Assembly (NCBI GenBank): GCA_035455165.1
Contig: DATIFP010000021.1
Location: 1 to 64,000 of the forward strand
Origin: Blastocatellia bacterium
GTDB taxonomy: Bacteria; Acidobacteriota; Blastocatellia; UBA7656
DNA: 64,000 nt
Reading direction: 5' to 3'
Shown here: piece after piece, positions 18,057 through 27,943 of the stretch
How the letters are laid out: each line of letters begins with the position of its first letter
Numbering within the stretch: position 1 is the stretch's first letter
Notes under the pieces: model-generated
The model's input: the letters and a program-made list of their open reading frames with translations, nothing else
What the model was told of the DNA's origin: nothing
Databases searched by the model: none
Translations under genes and position numbers: made by a program

Positions 18057-20165
18057 TTATGACGCTATCTCTGTCTCGCGCTGGCTTGTGATGCAGTTTG
18101 CGTCGCGGTCCGCTTCAGCGGTCACAAGCACGGGCCTATTGTTCGCGGGGTCACCGTTTGAACGCGCGGTCTCAATAGCATCTTCAGGACGTGGCAAACT
18201 CCACAACCTTATCGAAGGCAGCTGGCCCATTTCATTCAGGACCAGCCCACGCAATCGCGTTACAAATGCGCTCGCGCCCACGGTATCCGTATTCTCCAGT
18301 AGTATGACTAGATCGTTGTGCTTGTTTGTGGTGATCGTGTCGCAGGCCGAGATCACCGAGTGCACTAGGTCAAACAATTGAAGAGCGACTCGGCCGCCGT
18401 CGGCGGTCATCCTCGGCACGCGACAGCTGACAATCGAGAATGGCGCCCCATAGTTGTTGTTCAGGCCGTCCTCGATCCTTGTAAAGATGCGAGCCAGGAA
18501 CTCTCCATAGGATTTGAAGCGATCTTCGTCCGGCTCTCGAGAGGCGCGGTCATTTGCCGAATTGAGGCGCTGGTCATTGGCGAAGCCGGAGTGCGCGCGC
18601 CGGCCGTGAGAATCTGCGTCGGGAGGCAACGCATGCTCGCCAGGCTGCAGACGGGCTTCGTCCAGCTGCGGAGATAATTCAGCTCGTCGGGGCCGCGACG
18701 TGGTATGAGGATGCCTTCGCCCATCCGCCGCGTCAATCTTATCCGGGGTTGGCTCGGAACCGTCGTGACCGAGGGAATTCCCGTTTCGAACCTGCGCGCG
18801 AAAGGCGAAAACATCATCCGGCAACTCGAATGGTGAATCGAGCTCCGCGGTCTGCTCGAATGACTCACGCGGCCTCGCATCCGCGCCTGCAATATCAAAG
18901 TCGAGTGTTGCGGCAAACTCTTGCAAATCATCCAACAGGGCTGTGAGTTCATCGGGCGATGTCTCGTTGGTCTCCCCTAAAACCGAGGGCTCTGTTGATG
19001 CTGTGGGCGGTGGACCGGCGAAATGATCGGCGCCTGCATCTCCCTGAGCGCCGGGCAAGGCTTCCAACAAACCTGCCGGGGAGGCGGTTGAGGCAGCCAA
19101 GGCATCCTCTGGATCAGAGGTTTGCCCGGTTTGCTGATGTTTCAGCAAGGAGATTCCCCGGGAGGGGTCGACTCGCACCGTCTGGTCTGGGATATTTGGA
19201 GATTTTTCAAAAACCATATTCCGAATGACGCGACCACGATCCTCCTTTACCCGGAACCGAAACGATTCTTTGACCAGGGGCAACAAGTTTTCAACGACCT
19301 CAAAGTCATTTCCGTTTGCGATGAGCACAACGGCCGCATCGAATGACCGGACCCACGCAGTGAACGCCCGGGCTCGCATCTTTAGCTCACCCTCTTGGCC
19401 CGCAAGCAATGTTGTCACCGGATCGAAGACGAGACGTGTGCGCGGAGTTTCACTCAGTATCGGCTCAAGTTCGGACAACACGGCGGTGGGTTCGCGCGGT
19501 TGTGGGACTTGCTCGCCTGCGTCTCTGGGGTATTTGATTATCGCCAACCGGCCACTGTCGAGGTCCTTTTTGCAATCATAGCCAAGCCTTGCGAACCGCC
19601 GCACAGCATTCTCGGGAGAGTAAGGAATAACAAGCGCGCAGTTATCTCCGGCCTTCAGGCCGGCGATAACAAACTGAATGCCAAAAAGGGATTTGCCCGC
19701 GGCGTCGCCGTGTACAAGATAGATATGACCGCGGTCCACTCCGCCCAGCAATTCGTCGACCGGTTGCACGCCGCTCGGCATGATGTTTCGGGTTGGTGTT
19801 CCGCCATCGGGCCGGTCCTTGTCGCGCAGGTTTTCGACCAGTGCTTCAATGGCGGCGCGATGTTCAGTGTTCAGGTCAAGAAATCGAACGCCCATTCCTA
19901 TCTGAGGCAGGCTGTAGCAAATCTCGCCAATTGTCTCAATCCAAGTTGAACCGACCCGGAACTTCAGCTTCAATTGCGAGCCGGGGTCCCAGACGACTGA
20001 GGAGTGGATGAAGATGCCGCTGGTGCTGACATCGTGAGTTCGGGCAAAGAGACGATTGCCCCCGCTTTCACATTCGAGCTCAGAAACGTATGGTACGCGC
20101 GTTCGTCCGCGTCTTTCGTCCTCTTTCATCTTCAAGCCTGGTTTGAAAAAGTCCAGCGAAGGCAC
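18057..20165 (-). CDS. Multidomain signalling protein: PilZ + KaiC/RecA-like domain with degenerate P-loop + disordered acidic linker + degenerate GGDEF domain
   Basis: N-terminal RRGRTRVPY...DVSTSGIFIHS is PilZ-like; LGGVDRGHIYLVHGDAAGKSLFGIQFV is KaiC-like with a shortened Walker A; C-terminal ...KHNDLVILLENTD aligns to the GGDEFavllp motif but the signature is KHNDL. Confidence 0.6.
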   Translation of the reverse strand: MPSLDFFKPGLKMKEDERRGRTRVPYVSELECESGGNRLFARTHDVSTSGIFIHSSVVWDPGSQLKLKFRVGSTWIETIGEICYSLPQIGMGVRFLDLNTEHRAAIEALVENLRDKDRPDGGTPTRNIMPSGVQPVDELLGGVDRGHIYLVHGDAAGKSLFGIQFVIAGLKAGDNCALVIPYSPENAVRRFARLGYDCKKDLDSGRLAIIKYPRDAGEQVPQPREPTAVLSELEPILSETPRTRLVFDPVTTLLAGQEGELKMRARAFTAWVRSFDAAVVLIANGNDFEVVENLLPLVKESFRFRVKEDRGRVIRNMVFEKSPNIPDQTVRVDPSRGISLLKHQQTGQTSDPEDALAASTASPAGLLEALPGAQGDAGADHFAGPPPTASTEPSVLGETNETSPDELTALLDDLQEFAATLDFDIAGADARPRESFEQTAELDSPFELPDDVFAFRAQVRNGNSLGHDGSEPTPDKIDAADGRRHPHTTSRPRRAELSPQLDEARLQPGEHALPPDADSHGRRAHSGFANDQRLNSANDRASREPDEDRFKSYGEFLARIFTRIEDGLNNNYGAPFSIVSCRVPRMTADGGRVALQLFDLVHSVISACDTITTNKHNDLVILLENTDTVGASAFVTRLRGLVLNEMGQLPSIRLWSLPRPEDAIETARSNGDPANNRPVLVTAEADRDANCITSQRETEIAS

Positions 20166-20233
20166 CTGCTACGTTTCGTCCGCTCGGCATCGGGCCGCGC
20201 CAGTGATTAACGGGGGAGCTTACGGTTCTCGGG

Positions 20234-20791
20234 TCAGTCGCTTTCAGTCTTCGCCTTGAGCTTGTTGAGCTTGCGCAAGATCAAGTCGTATTCGAATCCG
20301 AGCCTAACGAGGTGATCGAACATCCGTTTGGCAGAAGCTCGGTCTGCCGGCCTGCCGTACTTACGAATGCGCTTTCCGATGGCTCGGTCGATCAGCTGCT
20401 CTTCGCCGACTTCGCCGTATACGAGATCGAGGGCTTCGTTGATTCGCTTCGGCGAGACTTTCTTGATTGCGAGCTCGTGGGCAAGCCTCGCTCTGCCCAA
20501 GGGTCTCGATCGAACTCGATAGCTCGCGTAACTGTGGGCGAACAACTCATCGTTCACGTATCCGAGCTCCTTGAGCCGTCTTATGCATTCGTCGACTATT
20601 TCAGCCCCGGCCGAGCGTCTCTCGAGCCGGTCTCGCAGCTCGCCTTCACTGTAGGAGCGAATTGAGATCATCCTCAGTGCCGCCGCCATCATCTTCTCAG
20701 CAGGCGACTGCTCGGGGCCTCGGCGTTGCGCCTTCGCCGGGCCGCGGCGACCCTTCATCGAGTTACTTGCTCTGTGCCTTCTAGGAGCCAA
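20234..20791 (-). CDS. recX: Recombination regulator RecX
   Basis: 185 aa; three-helical-repeat RecX pattern (SEGELRDRL...ELGYVNDELFA...). Confidence 0.8.
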   Translation of the reverse strand: MAPRRHRASNSMKGRRGPAKAQRRGPEQSPAEKMMAAALRMISIRSYSEGELRDRLERRSAGAEIVDECIRRLKELGYVNDELFAHSYASYRVRSRPLGRARLAHELAIKKVSPKRINEALDLVYGEVGEEQLIDRAIGKRIRKYGRPADRASAKRMFDHLVRLGFEYDLILRKLNKLKAKTESD

Positions 20792-21963
20792 TTGACGAAT
20801 TGTTTGGTTTCGGGCTTGGTTGTATCGAGCGAGCCGGTGCGTCGCCGCGATCGTTCCATTTCTTCGCGCGCTTGATCCGACACCGACCGCACCCCCGATA
20901 CTCGCAACCTGAACTCGTCGGCGTTGGTCGCTCCGGTCAGCGCTTCCTCGTATGTTATCAACCCGCGCGAATACAGATCAAACAACGACTGATCGAAGGT
21001 CTGCATTCCGTACTGCGAAGTTCCCTGCGCGATGGCCTCCCGGATCGTCGACGTCTTCTCGGGGTGAGTGATGCAATCCCTGATGTACGGAGTCACAACC
21101 ATGACTTCTACAGCGGGCACGCGTCCCTGTATGGGCTCCGCGGCGCGAACAAGCCTCATCGAGATCACCGCTTTCAGAACGCTGGCGAGCTGCAATCGAA
21201 TCGCGCGTTGCTGATGGGGTGGAAAGACCGACACGATGCGGTTGATGGTCTCGGTCGCATCGAGGGTGTGAAGAGTCGATAGCACCAGGTGCCCGGTCTC
21301 GGCTGCGGTGATCGCCGTTTCGATCGTCTCGTAGTCGCGCATTTCGCCCACGAGTATGACGTCGGGGTCTTGCCTCAAGGCCCCGCGTAGTGCTTCGGAG
21401 AAGCTTCGCGTGTCCACGTCCACTTCGCGCTGGTTGACATAGGATTTCTTGTCGCGATGAAGGAATTCTATTGGATCTTCGATGGTAACGATGTGGCCGG
21501 TGCGAGTGCGGTTCATGTAATCGATCATCGCGGCAAGGGTGGTCGACTTGCCCGAGCCGGTTGACCCGGTGACCAGCACCAGCCCGCGATTCTCCTCGGC
21601 GATCTTCTCGATGACCGGCGGCAGCCGAAGTTCCTCCGTCGTGCGAACCGTGGTCGGAATGACTCTCAGCACCATGCCGACGGCGCCCCGCTGCTGAAAT
21701 ATGTTGCAACGGAAGCGCCCTAGCCCTGATACGCCGTATGCGATATCAATCTCAGAATTCTCGTTAAAACGCTGCTTCTGGCGGTTGTTCATTATGGAGA
21801 ACGCCATGTTCAACGTATCTTCGCCCGAAAGTCGCTGCGCCTCCACCATCGGCTGAAGCTCGCCGTTAACGCGCATGAAGGGGAAGCTTCCAGCCTTGAT
21901 ATGCAGATCGGAGGCGCCCTTGCTGCACGCAATGGTCAGCAGTTGGTCGATACTCGGTGCCAT
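20755..21963 (-). CDS. pilT: Type IV pilus twitching-motility ATPase PilT (with ~50-aa C-terminal extension)
   Basis: Walker A GSTGSGKSTT, PilT-family TIEDPIEF, His box and GMQTFDQSL motifs. Confidence 0.9.
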   Translation of the reverse strand: MAPSIDQLLTIACSKGASDLHIKAGSFPFMRVNGELQPMVEAQRLSGEDTLNMAFSIMNNRQKQRFNENSEIDIAYGVSGLGRFRCNIFQQRGAVGMVLRVIPTTVRTTEELRLPPVIEKIAEENRGLVLVTGSTGSGKSTTLAAMIDYMNRTRTGHIVTIEDPIEFLHRDKKSYVNQREVDVDTRSFSEALRGALRQDPDVILVGEMRDYETIETAITAAETGHLVLSTLHTLDATETINRIVSVFPPHQQRAIRLQLASVLKAVISMRLVRAAEPIQGRVPAVEVMVVTPYIRDCITHPEKTSTIREAIAQGTSQYGMQTFDQSLFDLYSRGLITYEEALTGATNADEFRLRVSGVRSVSDQAREEMERSRRRTGSLDTTKPETKQFVNWLLEGTEQVTR

Positions 21964-22244
21964 TAGTTATTGCCTCGCAAGGCGGTCTCACCCTCAAACC
22001 GCGAAGACGCGGGGACAGTCTTGGAAGCGCGGGCGACGTGGGGGTTGGTCCGGCAGTCTTCAGGGACCTTCTAATCAGATTGAGAGGGCAGTCGCGGAAG
22101 CTAATATGCTCGCCAAAGATACCGCGGCCAGCTTCAACGTCCGTATTATAGGGTGAGCCAGATTAGTGGGCAACAGTAATGATTTAGGGGCAAACTTGGC
22201 CCGTTTGCGACTGACGAAGCTGCCGATTCCGATGAGGCCGAGCG

Positions 22245-23435
22245 TTATTGGGGTGGGTTGCCGGGATGCTCGAATCTGGCGCGCAGCATCTCGGCGGCTT
22301 TGGCGCGGGGCACGATCAGGTCGGTGTCAACTCGCTTACCGTCGTTCCTGACTTTGATCAACGATAACAATTGCGCGATGTCAGGGCTCTTTTCCTTCAT
22401 CCGCAGCGCCCAAAAGAGCACATTCAACAGATCTGACTTTGCCTTGGCAATCTCGGGCGTCTGAGCGAAGGCGGTGATTCTCAATCTTGCGATGTCGTCG
22501 CTTACGTCCAGGCTGATGGTCGCCGAGGACAAATCCGAGACCGGGCCCAGCGCGTGCGACTCGCCGATATTCCATAGAATCTCGAGCGCCTTTTGATCAA
22601 CGAGTTTCGAGGGTGACTTCTTGATCATGTGAATGTTCGACAATGACCCGTCAGGCTCGACTTTGAACCCAGCCATCATCGACATCTTCATATCCGGGAC
22701 GTCTAGCCCGCCCGCCTGGTATAACTCATACAGCTTCCCGACGGTGTCCTTGATCGGCGCTTCGTTTATCTCGCCGAACTCCTTGGGGACAGGCTTTTTC
22801 TCCGCGGCCAGTTTTGCTGCTTCGACTGCCGCCTTTCGCTCCGCTTCCTCCTTCTCTTTCTTTTCCTTCTCGGCTTTCTCTCGCGCCCGCGCCAATTCCT
22901 GCTTGTGTTTCTCTGCGCGCGCTCGAATCTCTTCAAGCGTCATCGCCTGCCCACGCGAAGCGAGGCGCAGAATCTGCGGCGGATAATAGAGCTTCTCAAG
23001 TATGGCGTTCGCGTCGAACTGTCGATACGCCTTGTTTACAACGCGGACATGCGCGTACGGGGAGAAGAATGCCAGGTAAACGAAATACACGATTAGCACG
23101 CCGTGTGTTGTGGCCGATGTCGCAAGTACCGGGATAAACCAACGGCGTCGCTTGAAACCCGTGTTGTCCGGCGCGAATGCCCCATTGAGGGTGTCGATCG
23201 GATGAACCAACGAAGTCGAAAGCTTTCGTGCCAGCCGCAGCCAAAACCAGTCCTCAATTCGATCCGGCAAAAACGCTGCGCGAAGATACGCGGGGACCCC
23301 GCTGCGCAATTCCAAAACGGTCTCCGCCAATATACGCACCAGGCGCGAGGCGAGCCCCGGGTGTGGCATCAGTCGGACTATTCTATCCGGGTCTCCGAGC
23401 GAAAAGTTCTGCATAACGAAAGCCTGCAAAGCCAA
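22245..23435 (-). CDS. Hypothetical membrane protein with Lys/Glu-rich coiled coil and possible TonB-C-like domain
   Basis: ~100-aa cytoplasmic N-terminus, one TM helix, KEKKEKEEAERK coiled coil; the C-terminal segment GFKVEPDGSLSNIHMIKKSPSKLVDQKALEIL weakly resembles the TonB C-terminal fold. Confidence 0.4.
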   Translation of the reverse strand: MALQAFVMQNFSLGDPDRIVRLMPHPGLASRLVRILAETVLELRSGVPAYLRAAFLPDRIEDWFWLRLARKLSTSLVHPIDTLNGAFAPDNTGFKRRRWFIPVLATSATTHGVLIVYFVYLAFFSPYAHVRVVNKAYRQFDANAILEKLYYPPQILRLASRGQAMTLEEIRARAEKHKQELARAREKAEKEKKEKEEAERKAAVEAAKLAAEKKPVPKEFGEINEAPIKDTVGKLYELYQAGGLDVPDMKMSMMAGFKVEPDGSLSNIHMIKKSPSKLVDQKALEILWNIGESHALGPVSDLSSATISLDVSDDIARLRITAFAQTPEIAKAKSDLLNVLFWALRMKEKSPDIAQLLSLIKVRNDGKRVDTDLIVPRAKAAEMLRARFEHPGNPPQ

Positions 23436-23586
23436 AGCTTCGTTTCTGTGCCTAATTGTACATTACGCAGCCGTCAATCGAGAAAGTGCAAAAGCAGTCG
23501 TCCGTCCCGCGGGCGAGATAATGATAAGAGCGACGGTAATTTACTCCTTTCTGTGGAGATATTCAACAGCGGCCCCAATTTGCCGT

Positions 23587-24696
23587 TTAAGCTTCCCCAT
23601 TTGAAAACATGCTGAAGAACTCTTCGACCGGAGCCGGAGGAACACCGGCCGCCGCAAGGTTCTCGTCGACGTGCGAGCGCCGGCTCATTCCAACCAGCGC
23701 CGTGGTAACGCCCGGAGTCGAGCGAACGAACTGAATCGCTCGCTGGGCATCGGTGCTTAACCCTTTCAACGCTTGCCCGACGAACGGCGGAAGGTTTTGA
23801 CTCAGCCTGGCCTGCATCATTGAAGCGCTGCACATCACGGTGACCCCGAGCCGGTCCGCAGCCATCATAAAAGAAAGGTCCTCGCCTCTAACGCGCTGGT
23901 TTGCGTTTGTCAGCGCCTCGGGCATTGCAAGGTTATAGGGCAGTTGAACCACTCGAAAATGATGTTCGTCCCCTCCGACCTCCCGCGCGATCGAGTCCAT
24001 CTCTGCCAACGACAGATAGCCTCGCGAGCCCGCCTCTTGCCGATACCCATTCCACGTTGCGGTTCCGTAGTGACCGATGCGTCCATCCTTCGCCGCGCGC
24101 TCGAGGAACTCGAAGGCCGCTCGCACTCGCCTGAGGAATTCATCTCGCGGGACCGCCTCCAGTTGCGTCTCCGGGTTATGAACGTAATAGATGTCGATCG
24201 TTTCGAGACCGAGATTTCCGAGACTGCGTGTGAGCTGGTCCTCAAGGTAAGCGGGCGTCATGCAGTGACTGCCGCCGACGATCTCTTCAGGGCGAGCAAG
24301 ACCCTTGTCGATCACGTTTTCTGTAACCCATGCTCGAGGATCACGTGGCGGCTCACCATCAAACGGAAAGAAGCCCGCCTTGGTCGCTACGATGATCTCA
24401 TCGCGAGAGAGCTGGCCCGCTTCGAAGGTCTCCCTGAGGGCGGCGCCGATCGCTCGCTCGCTGCGTTGAAAGCGATAATTGATCGCCGAATCCAGCACGT
24501 TGCAGCCTAGTTCAGTCGCACGCTTGATTGCCTCTTGATAGTTCCTATCAGTGTGTTCGTCCCACTGACCGAGATAGGTGCCAAGCCCTATCGACGAAAC
24601 AAGCAAACCATTCCGTTCGTGGAAGTGACCCTTTGCGACCGCGGAGCTCATTCGTTGAGCGTATCGCCTGGTTCCCTCTGCAGTAGCTTTGCTCAT
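23587..24696 (-). CDS. Aldo/keto reductase family oxidoreductase
   Basis: AKR hallmarks: IGLGTY..., DSAINYRFQ; 369 aa. Confidence 0.85.
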   Translation of the reverse strand: MSKATAEGTRRYAQRMSSAVAKGHFHERNGLLVSSIGLGTYLGQWDEHTDRNYQEAIKRATELGCNVLDSAINYRFQRSERAIGAALRETFEAGQLSRDEIIVATKAGFFPFDGEPPRDPRAWVTENVIDKGLARPEEIVGGSHCMTPAYLEDQLTRSLGNLGLETIDIYYVHNPETQLEAVPRDEFLRRVRAAFEFLERAAKDGRIGHYGTATWNGYRQEAGSRGYLSLAEMDSIAREVGGDEHHFRVVQLPYNLAMPEALTNANQRVRGEDLSFMMAADRLGVTVMCSASMMQARLSQNLPPFVGQALKGLSTDAQRAIQFVRSTPGVTTALVGMSRRSHVDENLAAAGVPPAPVEEFFSMFSNGEA

Positions 24697-24968
24697 CGCT
24701 GTCCTTCCTTGTCTCCGGTGGCCGAGATTCTAGCAGAGAGGTTTAGGTTTGAACATGAAGCGCCGGCCGGAAGCCTTTCCTATTCGGTCTGGCCGATGCC
24801 ATCCTTGTTGATTGTGCTAAAATGCCAACACTCCTGGGAGGTTCATAATGAGCGTCGTCGTAGCAGAACTCCAACCACGCGAGACAGGGTTCACTCTGCG
24901 TTTGAAGCCCGCCGTCGAGTTGACCGATCAGCAGTTCTTCGATCTTTGGAGATCTGGGAACCGAACAT

Positions 24969-25406
24969 CTAGGCGATAAGAGCTTTGGCTTTCTCCACTA
25001 CTTTCCGCTCACTATCAAAGGCCATCAGTCGCACGGCTTCGTTGATCTCAAACCAGCGCGCCTCATTCACCTCGATGTCATGGTCTCGGACGTCTCCTGA
25101 CTTGTAACGCAGCAGATAGAAGTAGACGAACTTGTGATAACGCACTCGTAGTCCTTCTTCATTCCCAAGGTACCAGTACTCAACCTTGTCGATTCGCTCG
25201 ACGACCTCGGTGTCGACGCCGGCTTCTTCCCGGACTTCGCGAACCGCGGCGTCTTCGGTCGATTCACCTTTGTCGACAAGTCCCTTCGGCAACTGCCAGC
25301 GGGCTACGTCACCCACCGAGATCAGGGCGACCTCTATTCGCTCGCCTTCTCTCCTGAAGGCCACTCCGCCGGCGGAGAATTGCAGCTTGGTTGGGACTTT
25401 ATTCAT
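24969..25406 (-). CDS. NUDIX hydrolase
   Basis: Nudix box GKGESTEDAAVREVREEAGV (GX5EX7REUXEEXGU). Confidence 0.85.
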   Translation of the reverse strand: MNKVPTKLQFSAGGVAFRREGERIEVALISVGDVARWQLPKGLVDKGESTEDAAVREVREEAGVDTEVVERIDKVEYWYLGNEEGLRVRYHKFVYFYLLRYKSGDVRDHDIEVNEARWFEINEAVRLMAFDSERKVVEKAKALIA

Positions 25407-25459
25407 TAATCAGCAATCAGCGCGGAAACGGAGGTGATAATAGCCGGCGCAAGGGCACC

Positions 25460-27745
25460 TTATCTCTCTTCGGCGGCGACCAGCGACGGGACCTCGAGGA
25501 TTCGCGGCAGTACGCTCCGCCACGTTGATTCTATCGCGGCAACGCCTCGATCGATGATTCGCTCGCCGTTTATGTCGACCACCAGTCGCTCACCCTTAGT
25601 ACGGCCAATGACCGAAGCTGCCACATCGTGCTTGCGCGCAAGAGCCAATATCGGTTCGACATTCCCATCCGTAGCTGAAAGCACGATCCTCGAGGGGGTC
25701 TCCGAGAACAAGAGCGCGGCTGGTGACAGTTCGCCTTTCAGGTTCACCTCGCAACCCACAGCCTTTCGCCGGTAGCTCGATAGGCAGCTCTCGATGATCG
25801 CGACCGCGAGACCCCCATCCGAGCAATCGTGCGCCGATTCAACAAGCCCGGCTTGAATACTCTCCGAACATGCCCCCTGCACACGCCGCTCGAGATCCAG
25901 GTCGAGCGCGGGCACGCGACCTTCGGGCCTTCCGAGCAAGACTGTCGCATAAGCGCTCGCGCCGAGGTCGTTCCCTGTCTTGCCCAGCAATATGATTGCC
26001 CGGTCTTCATTCTTGAACCATTGAGTTGTGATATGGCGCGGGTCCTCCACCAGGCCCACCATGCCGATCACCGGAGTCGGATAAATCCCGCGTCCATCAG
26101 TCTCATTATAGAAACTGACGTTGCCACCGGTGACCGGAGTGCCAAACACCGCGCAAGCCTCGGCCATCCCGTCGATCACTTCGCTGAACTGCCACATGAC
26201 CTCGGGGCGTTCGGGCGACCCGAAGTTCAGACAGTTGGTCAACGCGAGCGGACGCGCGCCGCTCGCGATAAGATTCCTGCAAGCTTCGGCCACGACGAGC
26301 CGCGCGCCGGCCCGCGGATCCGCCTGACAGTACCGCGCATTCGAGTCCAGGGTCATCGCTAACGCTCGGCGCTTTTCCTTTATCCGTATCACCGCCGCGT
26401 CCGACCCTGGCATAACGACAGTATTCGTTCTCACCATATGATCATACTGGCGATAAACCCATTCCTTCGTCGCGATCCCCGGTTGCGTAATGATGCGCAT
26501 GAAGGTCGCGTCCAGCTCTTCAGCGGAAGACTCGATTTGATGGAGTTCAACCGGCTGCGCGAGGTCCGGCCTTCTGATGTCTCGGTTGTATATCGGAGCG
26601 GCATCGGTAAGAGCGGAATTGGGAATATCGGCGACGATCCTGTCGTTTTTCTTGACGCGCAAGTGCCCGTCGTTGGTTACGCGTCCAATCACTACCGCGT
26701 CAAGCTCCCACTTCTTGAAGATGTCGATGACTTCTCGTTCGCGCCCGGCGGCCGCCACTATCAGCATTCGCTCTTGAGATTCCGAGAGCATGATCTCGTA
26801 GGGCGTCATCCCGGTTTCGCGCTGCGGAACAAGATCAATATCAATCTCGACGCCATTGTTCGCGCGCGAGCCCATCTCACATGAGGAACTCGTCAGTCCA
26901 GCCGCGCCCATATCCTGAATGCCGACGATTGCCCCCGCGCGCATCGCCTCGAGACAGGCCTCGAGCAGGAGTTTCTCCAGGAAGGGATCGCCCACCTGAA
27001 CCGTTGGACGCTTCGATTGAGCTTCTTCGCCGAACTCTTCGGAAGCCATCGTCGCGCCATGTATTCCGTCACGACCCGTTTTTGCTCCGACGTAGATGAC
27101 CGGATTGCCCACGCCGGCTGCGCGCCCAAAGAAGATGTGCTCCTTTCGCATGATTCCCAACGTGAACGCGTTCACGAGCGGATTGCGGGAGTAGCACTCC
27201 GAGAATTGGACCTCGCCGCCGATGGTCGGAACGCCGAAGGCGTTACCGTAATCGCCGATGCCTTTGACGACTCCAGCCATGATCGATCGATTGCGCACGG
27301 TGGTCACTTGCTCGTCGGCTGAGGCGCCCGCGCCGCCGGTGAGCGGTCCGAAGTGGAGCGAGTTCATCGCCGCCAGCGGACGAGCGCCCATCGTAAACAC
27401 ATCGCGCAGTATGCCGCCGACGCCAGTGGCGGCGCCCTGATAAGGCTCGATGAACGACGGATGATTGTGCGATTCGATCTTGAAGGCGGCAGCCAGACCT
27501 CCGCCGATATCTACGACGCCGGCGTTCTCGCCCGGGCCTTGAAGCACGCATTCGCCTTTCGTGGGCAGCCGCCGAAGGTGAACCTTAGACGATTTGTACG
27601 AGCAGTGTTCGGACCACATGACCGAGAATATGCCCAGCTCGGTATAGTTCGGTTCGTGACCGAGCAGTTCGACAATTCTGTTGTACTCATCGTCCGTGAG
27701 TCCGTGGCTTCGAATGAGTTCGGGAGTGACAGCGGGTTCGATCAT
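25460..27745 (-). CDS. purL: Phosphoribosylformylglycinamidine synthase subunit PurL
   Basis: 761 aa; N-terminal [27 protein letters not shown] is diagnostic for small PurL. Confidence 0.95.
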   Translation of the reverse strand: MIEPAVTPELIRSHGLTDDEYNRIVELLGHEPNYTELGIFSVMWSEHCSYKSSKVHLRRLPTKGECVLQGPGENAGVVDIGGGLAAAFKIESHNHPSFIEPYQGAATGVGGILRDVFTMGARPLAAMNSLHFGPLTGGAGASADEQVTTVRNRSIMAGVVKGIGDYGNAFGVPTIGGEVQFSECYSRNPLVNAFTLGIMRKEHIFFGRAAGVGNPVIYVGAKTGRDGIHGATMASEEFGEEAQSKRPTVQVGDPFLEKLLLEACLEAMRAGAIVGIQDMGAAGLTSSSCEMGSRANNGVEIDIDLVPQRETGMTPYEIMLSESQERMLIVAAAGREREVIDIFKKWELDAVVIGRVTNDGHLRVKKNDRIVADIPNSALTDAAPIYNRDIRRPDLAQPVELHQIESSAEELDATFMRIITQPGIATKEWVYRQYDHMVRTNTVVMPGSDAAVIRIKEKRRALAMTLDSNARYCQADPRAGARLVVAEACRNLIASGARPLALTNCLNFGSPERPEVMWQFSEVIDGMAEACAVFGTPVTGGNVSFYNETDGRGIYPTPVIGMVGLVEDPRHITTQWFKNEDRAIILLGKTGNDLGASAYATVLLGRPEGRVPALDLDLERRVQGACSESIQAGLVESAHDCSDGGLAVAIIESCLSSYRRKAVGCEVNLKGELSPAALLFSETPSRIVLSATDGNVEPILALARKHDVAASVIGRTKGERLVVDINGERIIDRGVAAIESTWRSVLPRILEVPSLVAAEER

Positions 27746-27943
27746 TGTTCTGTTGTCGGAAGAACGAGCGGAAAGTGACCAAAATGGTAGCCGAGAGGAA
27801 CCGGCTTATCAAGCAAATGTAGGTGGGTGCTTTTGCTGGAACGCGAATTCGAGAGCTGATTTGAATTCTCGAGTTGAATGGAATATGCTTCGCGATCCAA
27901 AACACCAGTGGTTTCCGATTCTCTTCAATCGAGGTTACTCATC

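Noticed and set aside
20978-21709. 243-aa minus-strand ORF (Arg/His-rich)
   Set aside because: An alternate frame within pilT; composition typical of out-of-frame high-GC translation.
24848-24979. 43-aa ORF with strong RBS (GGGAGG) whose N-terminus (…FTLRLKPAVELTDQQFFDLW…) loosely resembles the start of Uma2/DUF820-family endonucleases
   Set aside because: It is too short, overlaps the NUDIX gene's 3' end, and the resemblance is from memory of only ~25 residues; it could be a gene remnant but cannot be supported without a database search.
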